Below, one piece after another: positions 27,861 through 36,540 of a DNA stretch of 44,184 nucleotides. The stretch spans positions 1 to 44,184 of IMG/VR virus record IMGVR_UViG_3300049167_000131; one strand, written 5' to 3'. The translations under genes and the position numbers were made by a program. The notes below the pieces were generated by a model. It was not told where the DNA came from. It saw only the letters and a program-made list of their open reading frames with translations, and searched no databases. Source of the DNA: a virus (Duplodnaviria; Caudoviricetes). Each line of letters begins with the position of its first letter. Position 1 is the first letter of the stretch.

Positions 27861-28467
27861 GGTCGGGCAAGAGGGCATGGAGGCGGCCGGCCAACGCTCG
27901 GTGACCCCGCCCCAGAAGGCTGGCACCCTGTTCGCATTGGTTGGAGCGACGGCGGCCGCCATCCTGCTGACCTTGACCCCCGAAGAGGAGAGCGGACGCA
28001 AGGTCGACGTGACGATTGCGGCCGACGGCTCGGCCGAGGTTCGGCACATCTCCGGCAAGCAGTACCTGCGGACCTATCTCGATATCGCAGGCGTCCCAAC
28101 CGCCTGCGACGGCATCACTCGCGGCGTGAAGCCCGGCCAGGTCTACACGGAGGCAGAGTGCACTGCGCTGCTTGAACGTGAGCTAGTCATCCACGCCACG
28201 GGTGTCCTGCGCTGCACGCCTGCGCTGGATCCGGCGCGGTATCCGAACCAGGTGAGCGCTGCGACCCTGCTGGCCTACAACATCGGAGTTGCCGGTTACT
28301 GCAGCTCGATCGTGGCCCGGCGGTTCAATGCCGGGAACTACCAGGGCGCGTGCCATGCCTTCCTGATGTGGAACAAGGCGCGGGTGAACGGCCTGCTGCG
28401 CCCGGTTCTGGGCCTGACCCGCCGGCGTGAGCGCGAGCGCGCCCTGTGCCTGCGAGGGCTGGTGTGA
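27850..28467 (+). CDS. Endolysin (GH24 lysozyme, SAR-like N-terminus)
   Basis: YLDIAGVPTACDGIT, AYNIG, GLTRRRERERALC; Gly/Ala-rich hydrophobic N-terminal segment. Confidence 0.92.
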   Translation: MGIKVGQEGMEAAGQRSVTPPQKAGTLFALVGATAAAILLTLTPEEESGRKVDVTIAADGSAEVRHISGKQYLRTYLDIAGVPTACDGITRGVKPGQVYTEAECTALLERELVIHATGVLRCTPALDPARYPNQVSAATLLAYNIGVAGYCSSIVARRFNAGNYQGACHAFLMWNKARVNGLLRPVLGLTRRRERERALCLRGLV

Positions 28468-28508
28468 TGCTGGGACAGTCGGCCCCTGTTTGATGTCCTC
28501 TAGGCCGC

Positions 28509-28664
28509 CTACCTCTGCCGCTTTCGCACCAGGGCGAAAGCAATTGCGAAGACGATTCCGACACCAATCCCCATTGTGATATTGTCCGTAGCGACACCCA
28601 TGACCACACCGACCGCGGCGCCGATCGCGATGTGTGCGCCGCGTGGATTGGGCTTTTCGCTCAT
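28509..28664 (-). CDS. Small Gly-rich 2-TM membrane protein
   Basis: MSEKPNPRGAHIAIGAAVGVVMGVATDNITMGIGVGIVFAIAFALVRKRQR. Confidence 0.65.
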   Translation of the reverse strand: MSEKPNPRGAHIAIGAAVGVVMGVATDNITMGIGVGIVFAIAFALVRKRQR

Positions 28665-28879
28665 ACTTGTTCCGGCACTGCTGAACTTTCGTCCTGTAAC
28701 GTCTCTTCCGCGGTCTTGGGCATCTTCCGCGTCGAGCACGGGCTCTACAATTCACGGCATCGGCTGTGTTGGCGATATGCGACGCAGAGCCTGGAGCGGC
28801 TGGCGCGGGGCAACGAGCGCACGATTGTCGGGCCGACATCGGTTGCGACGGGTGCGCCACAGGTTCTGGAGGTAATGCC

Positions 28880-29434
28880 ATGATCCCGCCTCATCTGGCC
28901 AAGCTCGGCTCCCGAATGGGCCTGGCGAGTATCATCGTCGTCCTGCTGGTTGCGTTGCTGGTCGTGCAGACGATCCGCCTCGAGGGCTTCGAACTGTGGC
29001 CCGTATCGATCGAGGGCGTGCGACCGAAAGCCGATCGCTTGCAGCGCAAGAGCGACGACTTCGACAATGCACAGGACGATGCGCTGAGCGCCGCCATGGC
29101 CGCAAAGGCTGCCACCGAGCGCCGATATCAAGAGCTAGCCGAAAGGATCGACAATGACGCTGAACAAGCCCGCGTGGGCCACCTTGACGATGCTGAGCGC
29201 TTCATTGCTGCTAACCGCATGCAACGGTGCCCGGCAGATCGAAGTGCGGCCGGCAGAGCCGCTGCCCCCGCCGCGGATGACGGCGCCGGATACGTTGAAG
29301 CAGCCGATCCAGCGGCCAAGCTGGATGCAGCCGAGCTCGTGACGGTGCCCGCCAGCGACGTTCGCATTTGCACGACGAACACGTTGCAGGCGGAAGCTGG
29401 CCGTGCGTGGGCTTTGGCCTTGGAGGTGCAATAG
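28880..29434 (+). CDS. Inner-membrane spanin (Rz-like)
   Basis: GGAGG RBS; N-terminal TM then Ala-rich coiled coil; follows endolysin. Confidence 0.75.
   Translation: MIPPHLAKLGSRMGLASIIVVLLVALLVVQTIRLEGFELWPVSIEGVRPKADRLQRKSDDFDNAQDDALSAAMAAKAATERRYQELAERIDNDAEQARVGHLDDAERFIAANRMQRCPADRSAAGRAAAPAADDGAGYVEAADPAAKLDAAELVTVPASDVRICTTNTLQAEAGRAWALALEVQ
29154..29342 (+). CDS. Embedded outer-membrane spanin lipoprotein (Rz1-like)
   Basis: Lipobox LLTAC, Pro-rich mature part, fully nested in the i-spanin gene in the +1 frame. Confidence 0.7.
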   Translation: MTLNKPAWATLTMLSASLLLTACNGARQIEVRPAEPLPPPRMTAPDTLKQPIQRPSWMQPSS

Positions 29435-29475
29435 CGGGTCGGCGTCGCTGCCAATTGGCATTGCCGAAGATGCCC

Positions 29476-29516
29476 GAAACAGAAACCCCGCCAACCGTAG
29501 CAGTTGACGGGGTTTC
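29476..29516 (-). terminator. Intrinsic terminator on the minus strand
   Basis: GAAACCCCGTCAAC-TGCTACG-GTTGGCGGGGTTTC-TGTTTC; the G-U pair forms only on the minus strand. Confidence 0.7.
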
Positions 29517-29756
29517 CAACCAGGGGCGAGCAAGCCCCGAGCATCCAGCGCCTTCATCGCCCGTGCGGGCGCTACGGTCAAGCCTGTTTGGCCCCTCTGA
29601 GACAAGGGGGTTCCTGACCAATCGTGGGCTAGGTTGTAGGCGTGGCCGCCATCGAAAGGTTCGGCCGAGCAGCGCAGGATCTGACTATCAGCGGCGAACT
29701 CGAGGTAAAATCTGGGAGGGGATCAAACGCCGTCCGGCTTCTTTCGGCGGACAGTT

Positions 29757-29894
29757 TCAGTCTGGCTGATGACGAGCAGGTCGCGATTGCCCCGGCTTCC
29801 GCAAACGCCAGGCCTCTGCCAGCCATTCACCCGTGACGGCGAGTACACCGATCACCATGCAGGCAGCCGCGTAAGCCAGAACAGCTGTCCACAT
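29757..29894 (-). CDS. 45-aa single-TM peptide (not in ORF track)
   Basis: MWTAVLAYAAACMVIGVLAVTGEWLAEAWRLRKPGQSRPARHQPD*; GGAGG RBS. Confidence 0.5.
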   Translation of the reverse strand: MWTAVLAYAAACMVIGVLAVTGEWLAEAWRLRKPGQSRPARHQPD

Positions 29895-30331
29895 GGTAAG
29901 CCAACCTCCGATCAGGGACGCAAATGTTGCAGAGATTTGCCGGATAAGCCACTCTCAATTCGCCGAAAAAATGAGAAAGCATGTCGCGGGAGCTAGCTCA
30001 CGCCGATCAACCCCAATCGCCTAGCGCGGGACGGCGATTAATGCGGCGAATGCCGCGAGCAGTGAACCGATACTCGCCGTCCGCAACAAATTGGACATCG
30101 GTTCGACCAAGGTGCTGTCAAGCCTCGGCACGTGATCCCGTCTCGGTCAAGCCTCTGCCGCCAGCCACTTCCGGTGTTCGAAGAGCGAAAGCAGCCCAGC
30201 GTTCATCGGGCCGAAGGAGCGTTAGATGGTCAATTCAAACCTGTGCCTTCTAGCGCTGCCAGCAAGCACCTGAGCAGGATAGGGGAGATAAAACTGCGAG
30301 ACCTAGGCTCACCAGAGCATTGGTGGGCGTT

Positions 30332-31285
30332 CTATGAGGGTATGGCAGCAAGCTCGATCTTCGCTTCGAGGTCGCAAGTGGTGATCCTGAATCCCTCATA
30401 TTTCGGGCAAGTCGGATCAAAGACGCTTTGCGCAGAGGACGGTGTCGTGAGCGCTTTGCGTAAGTCCCGCGGCTTATCACCAAACACCTCTGTAAACTGC
30501 TCGTAATTGAGCTGAACATCTGTCGAGCCATCAGAGTCGATAGCGCCCTGAGCATGAAGCCGTAGATATTGATCCCGACCCTTCGCCCTGATCGTAACGA
30601 TTCGGCCGGCTAGCGGTGAGTTTCGGCGAACGTATACTTTAAACCTCGGAGGCTGATCGGGACGCGTCGGGACAGACACATCCAATATGTCGCCCGTAAG
30701 TTCGAAAGGCGCCTTATCCTGCTGCGCCCGTTCGCGAAGTGCAAGAATGATTGGTTGTCGCGCTAACCTCACTCTGAATTTGTCAGCCCGCTCAAACGGA
30801 TCGTCAATCGAACGGTCAACCACCGCCCTGTTGGCTAGAGTATCGACGAGGCGCATGTCAGATATTTGGTAGAACCCACTGCCATTAAGTGCCGAAGTCG
30901 CGCTCCCTTCATCCAACGCTAGGGCAGTACGAACCATCGACGCACCATCTAGCTTCGCCACACTATAACCTGCAGCGAAAAGAAGCAGGATCACACCGCC
31001 GGATATCAGAAGAATGAAGTTCCGCCTGGATTCACTTTCCCGTTTCTCGAAAGTCTTCTGCGCCAACTGAAACTGCTGATCTGGTGAAAGAGCTTTTACG
31101 TCTAGGTCGAAAACGTTAACAAGAACCTTGGTAGCATCCAGCCGCGACCGGGCAGGCATTTCGCCCAATTCGCGAACGCTTTCGGTTCCGATCTTAGCAT
31201 ATTTCTGAACTGTTCGAAAATATACTGCGAAGAAGAAGGCGGCTAATGCTAGCAGCGTGCCGATGGCGGGGATAATCTGAAACAT
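30332..31285 (-). CDS. 2-TM membrane protein with C-terminal soluble domain
   Basis: GGGAGG RBS before MFQIIPAIG; two hydrophobic helices; C-terminal Cys pair. Confidence 0.75.
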   Translation of the reverse strand: MFQIIPAIGTLLALAAFFFAVYFRTVQKYAKIGTESVRELGEMPARSRLDATKVLVNVFDLDVKALSPDQQFQLAQKTFEKRESESRRNFILLISGGVILLLFAAGYSVAKLDGASMVRTALALDEGSATSALNGSGFYQISDMRLVDTLANRAVVDRSIDDPFERADKFRVRLARQPIILALRERAQQDKAPFELTGDILDVSVPTRPDQPPRFKVYVRRNSPLAGRIVTIRAKGRDQYLRLHAQGAIDSDGSTDVQLNYEQFTEVFGDKPRDLRKALTTPSSAQSVFDPTCPKYEGFRITTCDLEAKIELAAIPS

Positions 31286-31500
31286 AAAGGATGTTCCCTC
31301 CCAATCGACTGAGAAGGGTAACTCAGGGGTCAGACCAGCGGAATTGGGAGAAACAGCCAAGCGGCTATAACCATATGCCGACGGCTCGGCTTTGCGACCC
31401 AGCATGACCGCGGTCGGTACCCCGCGCGACGCTCAAACCTAGCTTCTGCACATTAGTACCCAGCTGGCCCACGCCTACGCCCGTTAAGAGCCTAGGCCGC

Positions 31501-31836
31501 TCAGGCCACCACCATTCCTGCGAGTGCAGCGGATAACTTGACTGCGGACGATACTGCCTTGAGCAAGCTATCCAAGTCCTCAAGTGACTGAAGCTCGACT
31601 TTCATTGCGGCCGTTGCTCTCGCCAACTCTTTCTTGGTCTTTTTGATGAACTCGTCCTGCTCATCAAAGTCCTTACCTCGTGCCGCATAATAAGCGTCTC
31701 GCGCCCCATCTCGATCGGCAAGCAGGCGTTCGCGGGCCGCCTTTGTACTCAGGCGCTGCTGAGCATCATCGAAAGAGCGGCGTAGATTGAACCAAGTCTC
31801 TTCGATTAGATCAAAGCTACCCGAGTTAGTTGTCAC
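31501..31836 (-). CDS. Small helical hypothetical protein (111 aa)
   Basis: Overlaps the lipoprotein stop; heptad pattern; hydrophobic C-terminus. Confidence 0.75.
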   Translation of the reverse strand: MTTNSGSFDLIEETWFNLRRSFDDAQQRLSTKAARERLLADRDGARDAYYAARGKDFDEQDEFIKKTKKELARATAAMKVELQSLEDLDSLLKAVSSAVKLSAALAGMVVA

Positions 31837-32920
31837 TGTCCGGATCTCCGATCTTTTGGACCAACAATGTCAATTGATCGAACATGGCAGCCAAGTGAGT
31901 CGAATCCAGCGGAGCGCCCATTTCGAACTTTTCATGACTAGCTATCAAAGCATCAACTATCTCGATCTGTGCCTGATACTCTGACTCGATCGCTTTAGAT
32001 GTTTCCTCCCGCCTGCCTTCAAGTGCGCCCCTCACGGCGAGGCAAAGAGCCTCGTTCCTTGCTGTAAAAAGTGGTTCGCTCGCGGTGATTGCGGACAGTC
32101 CAGCGCCACCCCCTGCGTCGGAAAGAAGCTGGCTCGCATCCAGAAAGCCCCGGCGCCACAGCGCGATGCGCAGGGCGTAGCTTTCCTCGATACTATCCTT
32201 CACCAGTGAAACCGTAGTCTTCTTCCCAAACTCGAGGCCCTCACGATAATGAACTAGACCCCCTCTAAGTCCCGCCGAAGCTCGCTTCACCATACTTAGC
32301 TGTCGTTGCTGAACAATCGCCGCAACTGCGGCCGAGCTAATGGAGCCTAGGGTGTCAGATACTGGCGAAAGCCCAACGGCCGCGCGTAAGCTATTCGTCG
32401 CGTTGAACACATCAGTGATGCCCGCCTCCATAGCACCTCGCGCATTGTAGGTGGCAAGCGCACTCATGGCGGAGTATGACTTGCCTAGGGCAGTGGCGAG
32501 TTGGGTCCGGGCACGAAGTGCTGTGGTGATCTTATCTAGTGACTCCTGTGGCGCGCTCGGAGTGCCACCTGTAGCCGGCTCTAAGGGCAGATCAGTCCTG
32601 AGAAAACATCCTGTTCCTTGCGGCACGCCGGCCGACTGCAGCGCCCGCAAAAACCGGTCGCTCGTGATGCTCGACGCAAAGGTGCTTTCGACCAACTGGG
32701 ATGCACCCAGAAGCTTGGCGCTCGCTTGGGTTCCTGCTGCCGAAAGCTCGGCAGCTTCTCCAAGCGGCGCTGTAGCGCACCCCCCTAATGAGAACGCGAC
32801 TGTAAGAACTGAGACGTTTAACCGTTTGAAGGCATGCGAGCCTTGAACGCGCAGAGAGATGTTCGTCGACTCGGGTTGGAATATGCTTGACCAAAGAAGG
32901 CGCCGAATTGTTCCTGTCAT
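31826..32920 (-). CDS. Putative lipoprotein, largely alpha-helical
   Basis: Lipobox LGGC after a hydrophobic stretch; start uncertain (ATG 32920 has a GAGG/AGGA RBS). Confidence 0.7.
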   Translation of the reverse strand: MTGTIRRLLWSSIFQPESTNISLRVQGSHAFKRLNVSVLTVAFSLGGCATAPLGEAAELSAAGTQASAKLLGASQLVESTFASSITSDRFLRALQSAGVPQGTGCFLRTDLPLEPATGGTPSAPQESLDKITTALRARTQLATALGKSYSAMSALATYNARGAMEAGITDVFNATNSLRAAVGLSPVSDTLGSISSAAVAAIVQQRQLSMVKRASAGLRGGLVHYREGLEFGKKTTVSLVKDSIEESYALRIALWRRGFLDASQLLSDAGGGAGLSAITASEPLFTARNEALCLAVRGALEGRREETSKAIESEYQAQIEIVDALIASHEKFEMGAPLDSTHLAAMFDQLTLLVQKIGDPDSDN

Positions 32921-33104
32921 TCCGGTTCCTGCCTCAGTTCTATAGAACCTTAGCCTGGCATATACTGCAGCAATCTTGCTCGACATTGGTGTTACAAGGA
33001 GGGTGCGTGATGCTAGGCATTTTCTGGCAGCAGCCCGAGCGTGTGGATCATCCGCTTCCCGATGCGCCATTGACTGGTAGCCTCCGCAGAAGCACTCAAG
33101 GCCC

Positions 33105-33716
33105 GTGTGTAACCTTTACCGTATGACCAAAGCGCCCGATGAAGTTGCTCGCTGGTTCAGTGCCAGCGTTGGGAGCGTCGGTAATGCGGCATCAGAAGTT
33201 TATCCCGGTTATCCCGGCATGGTGGTAGCGGGTGGCGAGCTCCGCTCGATGACCTGGGGCTTCCCGCTCACGCTGAGGAGCAAGAAGACCGGCCTGCCGC
33301 TCAAGCCGAAGCCGGTGAACAACACGCGGGCTGACAAGCTTGACAGCTTCATGTGGCGGTACAGCTTCGCGGAACGCCGCTGCCTGATCCCGGTCACTCA
33401 GTTTGCGGAAGCTGAAGGAGAGGCCGGCAACAAGACCCGCACCTGGTTCGCGCTACCGAACGAGCCGGTCTTTGCGGTGGCGGGCATTTGGTCGGACACG
33501 CCCCAATGGGGGCCCGCCTATTCGATGGTGATGACCGAGGCCTGCATCCACGTTGCCGACGTGCACGATCGGATGCCGGTGATCTTGCGGCGAGATGATT
33601 GGGGCGACTGGCTCGACGGGGCACCAGATGACGCCCGACTGCTCTGCCGGCCCTATCCAGATCTGATGGTGCGTAAGCAGACCACCGATCCCTGGGTTCG
33701 TCGCAGTGCTGTCTGA
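33105..33716 (+). CDS. SOS response-associated peptidase (SRAP/YedK/HMCES family)
   Basis: N-terminal MCN (catalytic Cys2), RRCLIP...F.E, VHDRMPVIL. Confidence 0.92.
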   Translation: MCNLYRMTKAPDEVARWFSASVGSVGNAASEVYPGYPGMVVAGGELRSMTWGFPLTLRSKKTGLPLKPKPVNNTRADKLDSFMWRYSFAERRCLIPVTQFAEAEGEAGNKTRTWFALPNEPVFAVAGIWSDTPQWGPAYSMVMTEACIHVADVHDRMPVILRRDDWGDWLDGAPDDARLLCRPYPDLMVRKQTTDPWVRRSAV

Positions 33717-33897
33717 GTGGGAGCTTTGGGCCTGTGCTCAGCACTACATCAAGCGGCACGTGAATGATGCGCCGATCCATGCGGCTATGCGCGCTGACGA
33801 GTTGCTGGCAGAAGGCGACCTGGAGGGTGCGCGCAACTATCAGGCGATCGTGCGGCGGATCAATCAGCTGCTGGAGACGCCAAGCGCGCTTAGCTAG
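33706..33897 (+). CDS. Small conserved-looking protein coupled to SRAP (DUF6961-like)
   Basis: WELWACA...H...A...A..RADELL..GD.EG...I..RI..L pattern; overlaps the SRAP stop. Confidence 0.65.
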   Translation: MLSEWELWACAQHYIKRHVNDAPIHAAMRADELLAEGDLEGARNYQAIVRRINQLLETPSALS

Positions 33898-34115
33898 CGT
33901 GCAGATCAGGTGTGTGAGCAGCCGGGCGTTAATCGGGCTCAGAAGCGGTGACTTGGCCAGTGAGGCTCGATTTAGCTTACGACATGGAAGACATAATCGG
34001 TGCACGCCGGCAATCCCGACATGACTGACCGACGAGAAGCCGTGACTGCTTCACCTACGCGCACTGAAAAGCAGCATTGACCGCCGGTAGCGGAGAGGCG
34101 TTGCGAGTCGATCAG

Positions 34116-34907
34116 CTAAAGCGCGTGTCCACCTGCAACCTGGATGATCTGCCCTGTTACCCAAGAGGATCCATCACTCAGTAGAAACATCACTGCTGCG
34201 GCTATGTCCTCTGGCTTGCCGAGGCGACGCAAGGGAATGGACGGGAGCACTTGCTGCTCCAGCGCATCATCGATGTAGCCAGTCTGAACCGGGCCAGGAG
34301 CCACTGCATTCACGGTGATGCTCGATGGCCCCAGTTCGATCGCAGCCGCTCTAGTCATCGCCTCTAAAGCAGCTTTGCTCGTTCCGTAAAAGACTTGCCC
34401 GGGAAAGGCTCGGGCTGCGTCAGTGCTAATGTTAACAATGCACCCGGTTGCCCGAGGCCGGGACGAGATGCTGCGTGCGAAGTTGGCCATAAGCACCGCC
34501 GGGGCGGCCAAATTGACATCATAGTGCCGCCGGTACCGGCCAAAATCGGCATCGGCCAGACTGTCAGGCAACTCACAAGCGGCAGCGTTGTTCACTAAGC
34601 CTTGAAGCGGCCCGATTGCCTGTTCAGCTGCGGCTACAAGTTTGGCCACGTCGTTCTCGATGCTCAGGTCTGCGGCGAGCGCTACGGCCTTTCCACCCAG
34701 ACGCTCGATCGCGCTGACAACTTCCTGCGCAGCATCCTCACCTAGGACGGTATGAGCTGCGCCTTGGACGGCGAGGGTTTCCGGCAGGTAGTGCACGGCC
34801 ACATTTGCACCGTGCTGGCCAAGTGCGAAGGCGATCGCCCGACCGATGCCGGAATTTGCACCAGTGATGAGGTAGTTTCTGCCTTTTAGGCCAAAATCAA
34901 TTTGCAT
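34116..34907 (-). CDS. SDR family oxidoreductase
   Basis: TGANSGIG, VNNAA, YGTSK (YxxxK), VNAVAPG, VTGQ. Confidence 0.95.
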   Translation of the reverse strand: MQIDFGLKGRNYLITGANSGIGRAIAFALGQHGANVAVHYLPETLAVQGAAHTVLGEDAAQEVVSAIERLGGKAVALAADLSIENDVAKLVAAAEQAIGPLQGLVNNAAACELPDSLADADFGRYRRHYDVNLAAPAVLMANFARSISSRPRATGCIVNISTDAARAFPGQVFYGTSKAALEAMTRAAAIELGPSSITVNAVAPGPVQTGYIDDALEQQVLPSIPLRRLGKPEDIAAAVMFLLSDGSSWVTGQIIQVAGGHAL

Positions 34908-35060
34908 CGATGGCTTCAGGATATCTCTCAGGAGCGAACGCTGATTGCGCCAGCATTGCTGGCACTCTTAGGATGATCGATGTCAGCTGACGACCCATCC
35001 CGGACGTACACCAAGCTACCGGCGATCAAGCAGGGTAGTTCACGCTCTCCATGGAGGTAC

Positions 35061-35097
35061 AATGAGGCGGCGGCACGATGTGCACCGCCGCCTCATT
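35061..35097 (-). terminator. Hairpin downstream of mucR
   Basis: AATGAGGCGGCGG...CCGCCGCCTCATT 13-bp inverted repeat. Confidence 0.55.
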
Positions 35098-35111
35098 CCT
35101 CGTTCACTAGA

Positions 35112-35606
35112 TTACTCGCCTGGCTGAGCTTCGGCCTTCTTCCGGCGACCACGGGAAGCGGGAGTTGATGGTTCAGCAGCTTCTTTCGACTTCCGTCCCA
35201 ATCCAATAGTCCTGGCCATCTCGCGCCGCGCCTGAGAATAGCTCTCCGCAACCATCGGGTAATCGGGCTTCAGATTGTACCGCTTGCGATACTGCTCCGG
35301 CGTCAGCCCGTGGCCAGACAGATGCCGCTTCAAGGTCTTGTAAGGCTTACCGTCGATCATCGAGACAATGTGATCTTTGGAAGCCAAGGATTTCCGCACC
35401 GAGACCGCAGCTTGGTACTCCTGAGCAGGTTCCGGATCCGCGGATTGCGGAGTTTGGTTCGCCAGGTTGCTAACCGCCTCATGCATCCGCTGCAGGAACG
35501 AAGGCACTTCGTCAGCACTCGCTCTTGTGTTCGGATTGGAGAGCCAGGCGATGGTTAGTTCTGTTGCCAGCTCCAGCGTGCCGTTATCTTGGTTGCCTTC
35601 GTCCAT
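35112..35606 (-). CDS. mucR: MucR/Ros family transcriptional regulator
   Basis: ELATELTIAWLSN, AAVSVRKSL...DGKPYKTLKRHL..HGLTPEQYR..Y.L..DYPMVA..YS..RR.MA..IGLGR. Confidence 0.93.
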   Translation of the reverse strand: MDEGNQDNGTLELATELTIAWLSNPNTRASADEVPSFLQRMHEAVSNLANQTPQSADPEPAQEYQAAVSVRKSLASKDHIVSMIDGKPYKTLKRHLSGHGLTPEQYRKRYNLKPDYPMVAESYSQARREMARTIGLGRKSKEAAEPSTPASRGRRKKAEAQPGE

Positions 35607-35788
35607 TGAGCGATCCTTCGTTGTTTCTGAACCGCTAAGCGCAATTCATTTACTGGGGCAAGTCTGCTGGGCTCACCTTGAAGTGGCTTGGTCCTCGAAA
35701 GGCAGCCGCGATCTAGCTTGCACTCGATGTCCACTTTCCCCCCATTGCGGCCATTGCGAGTGCCTCATCAATCGCTTTAGATTGGGTC

Positions 35789-36400
35789 ATGATACGCATC
35801 AGACCTTTCGGAGAGGGTGATCTCGCGGCGCTGTATGATATCTCCCTGGCGACTGGCGATAGAGGGCGTGACGCAGCCCATCTCTACGAGGACCCGCGTC
35901 TCGTCGGGCACATTTACGCTGCCCCTTATGCTAAGCTGCAACCCGAATTGGTGCTTGTCGTGGAGGATGAACACGGCGTCGGCGGTTTCGTACTAGGCAC
36001 ACCAGACACCGCCACTTGGGTGCGACGACTCGAAGAGGAGTGGTGGCCATCCCTTCGCCTTGTCTACGATGATCCCCGTCTGGCTCCGGCCCCGAGTTGG
36101 TCGGCCGATCAGAAGCGTGCCTCTATGATCCACCGCCCTAGCCAGGCAATTACTTCAATCATCGAGCGGTACCCCGCGCATGTGCACCTGAACTTAGCAC
36201 CCCGCCTCCAGGGTCAGGGTTTAGCGCACCAACTTTTCGCAGAATGGATGAAGACGGCCAGCGGCCGCGGAGTAGCTGCTATCCACTTGGGAGCCAATCC
36301 GGACAACCATCGGGCGATCAGCTTTTGGTTGCGACAGGGCTTCCGCGCCTTGAATCCCGATGAGCCATCTCCAAGGGTAGTTTGGATGGGCCGCCTGTAG
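35789..36400 (+). CDS. GNAT family acetyltransferase
   Basis: IRPF...D; YPAHVHLNLAPRLQGQGL acetyl-CoA motif; NHRAISFWLRQGF. Confidence 0.9.
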   Translation: MIRIRPFGEGDLAALYDISLATGDRGRDAAHLYEDPRLVGHIYAAPYAKLQPELVLVVEDEHGVGGFVLGTPDTATWVRRLEEEWWPSLRLVYDDPRLAPAPSWSADQKRASMIHRPSQAITSIIERYPAHVHLNLAPRLQGQGLAHQLFAEWMKTASGRGVAAIHLGANPDNHRAISFWLRQGFRALNPDEPSPRVVWMGRL

Positions 36401-36482
36401 GTCGGCTTGCAATGCGTAGCGACATTCAAAGCGATGTCCTATTCCCACCGGTATCGGACATTGGCAATTGCCCGGGTCCTGA

Positions 36483-36497
36483 GAACGAATGCGGAAC
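36483..36497 (+). promoter_or_regulatory. Alphaproteobacterial LexA (SOS) box
   Basis: GAAC-GAATGCG-GAAC exactly matches GAAC-N7-GAAC, ~45 bp upstream of ATG 36541. Confidence 0.75.
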
Positions 36498-36540
36498 AAA
36501 CCACTTGCTCCGACTCGTCGGGGCCGCCAATCGGCACCCT

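Noticed and set aside
29642-29836. 64-aa plus-strand ORF after the lysis cassette
   Set aside because: Weak RBS, and it overlaps the better-supported minus-strand TM peptide
30006-30098. 30-codon minus-strand ORF resembling a signal peptide (MSNLLRTASIGSLLAAFAALIAVPALGDWG)
   Set aside because: No clear RBS and it stops right after the hydrophobic segment; probably a decayed fragment
32910-32940. GTTC repeats as a LexA box for the SRAP gene
   Set aside because: Spacers are 11 and 8 nt rather than 7, and the site is ~165 bp from the start
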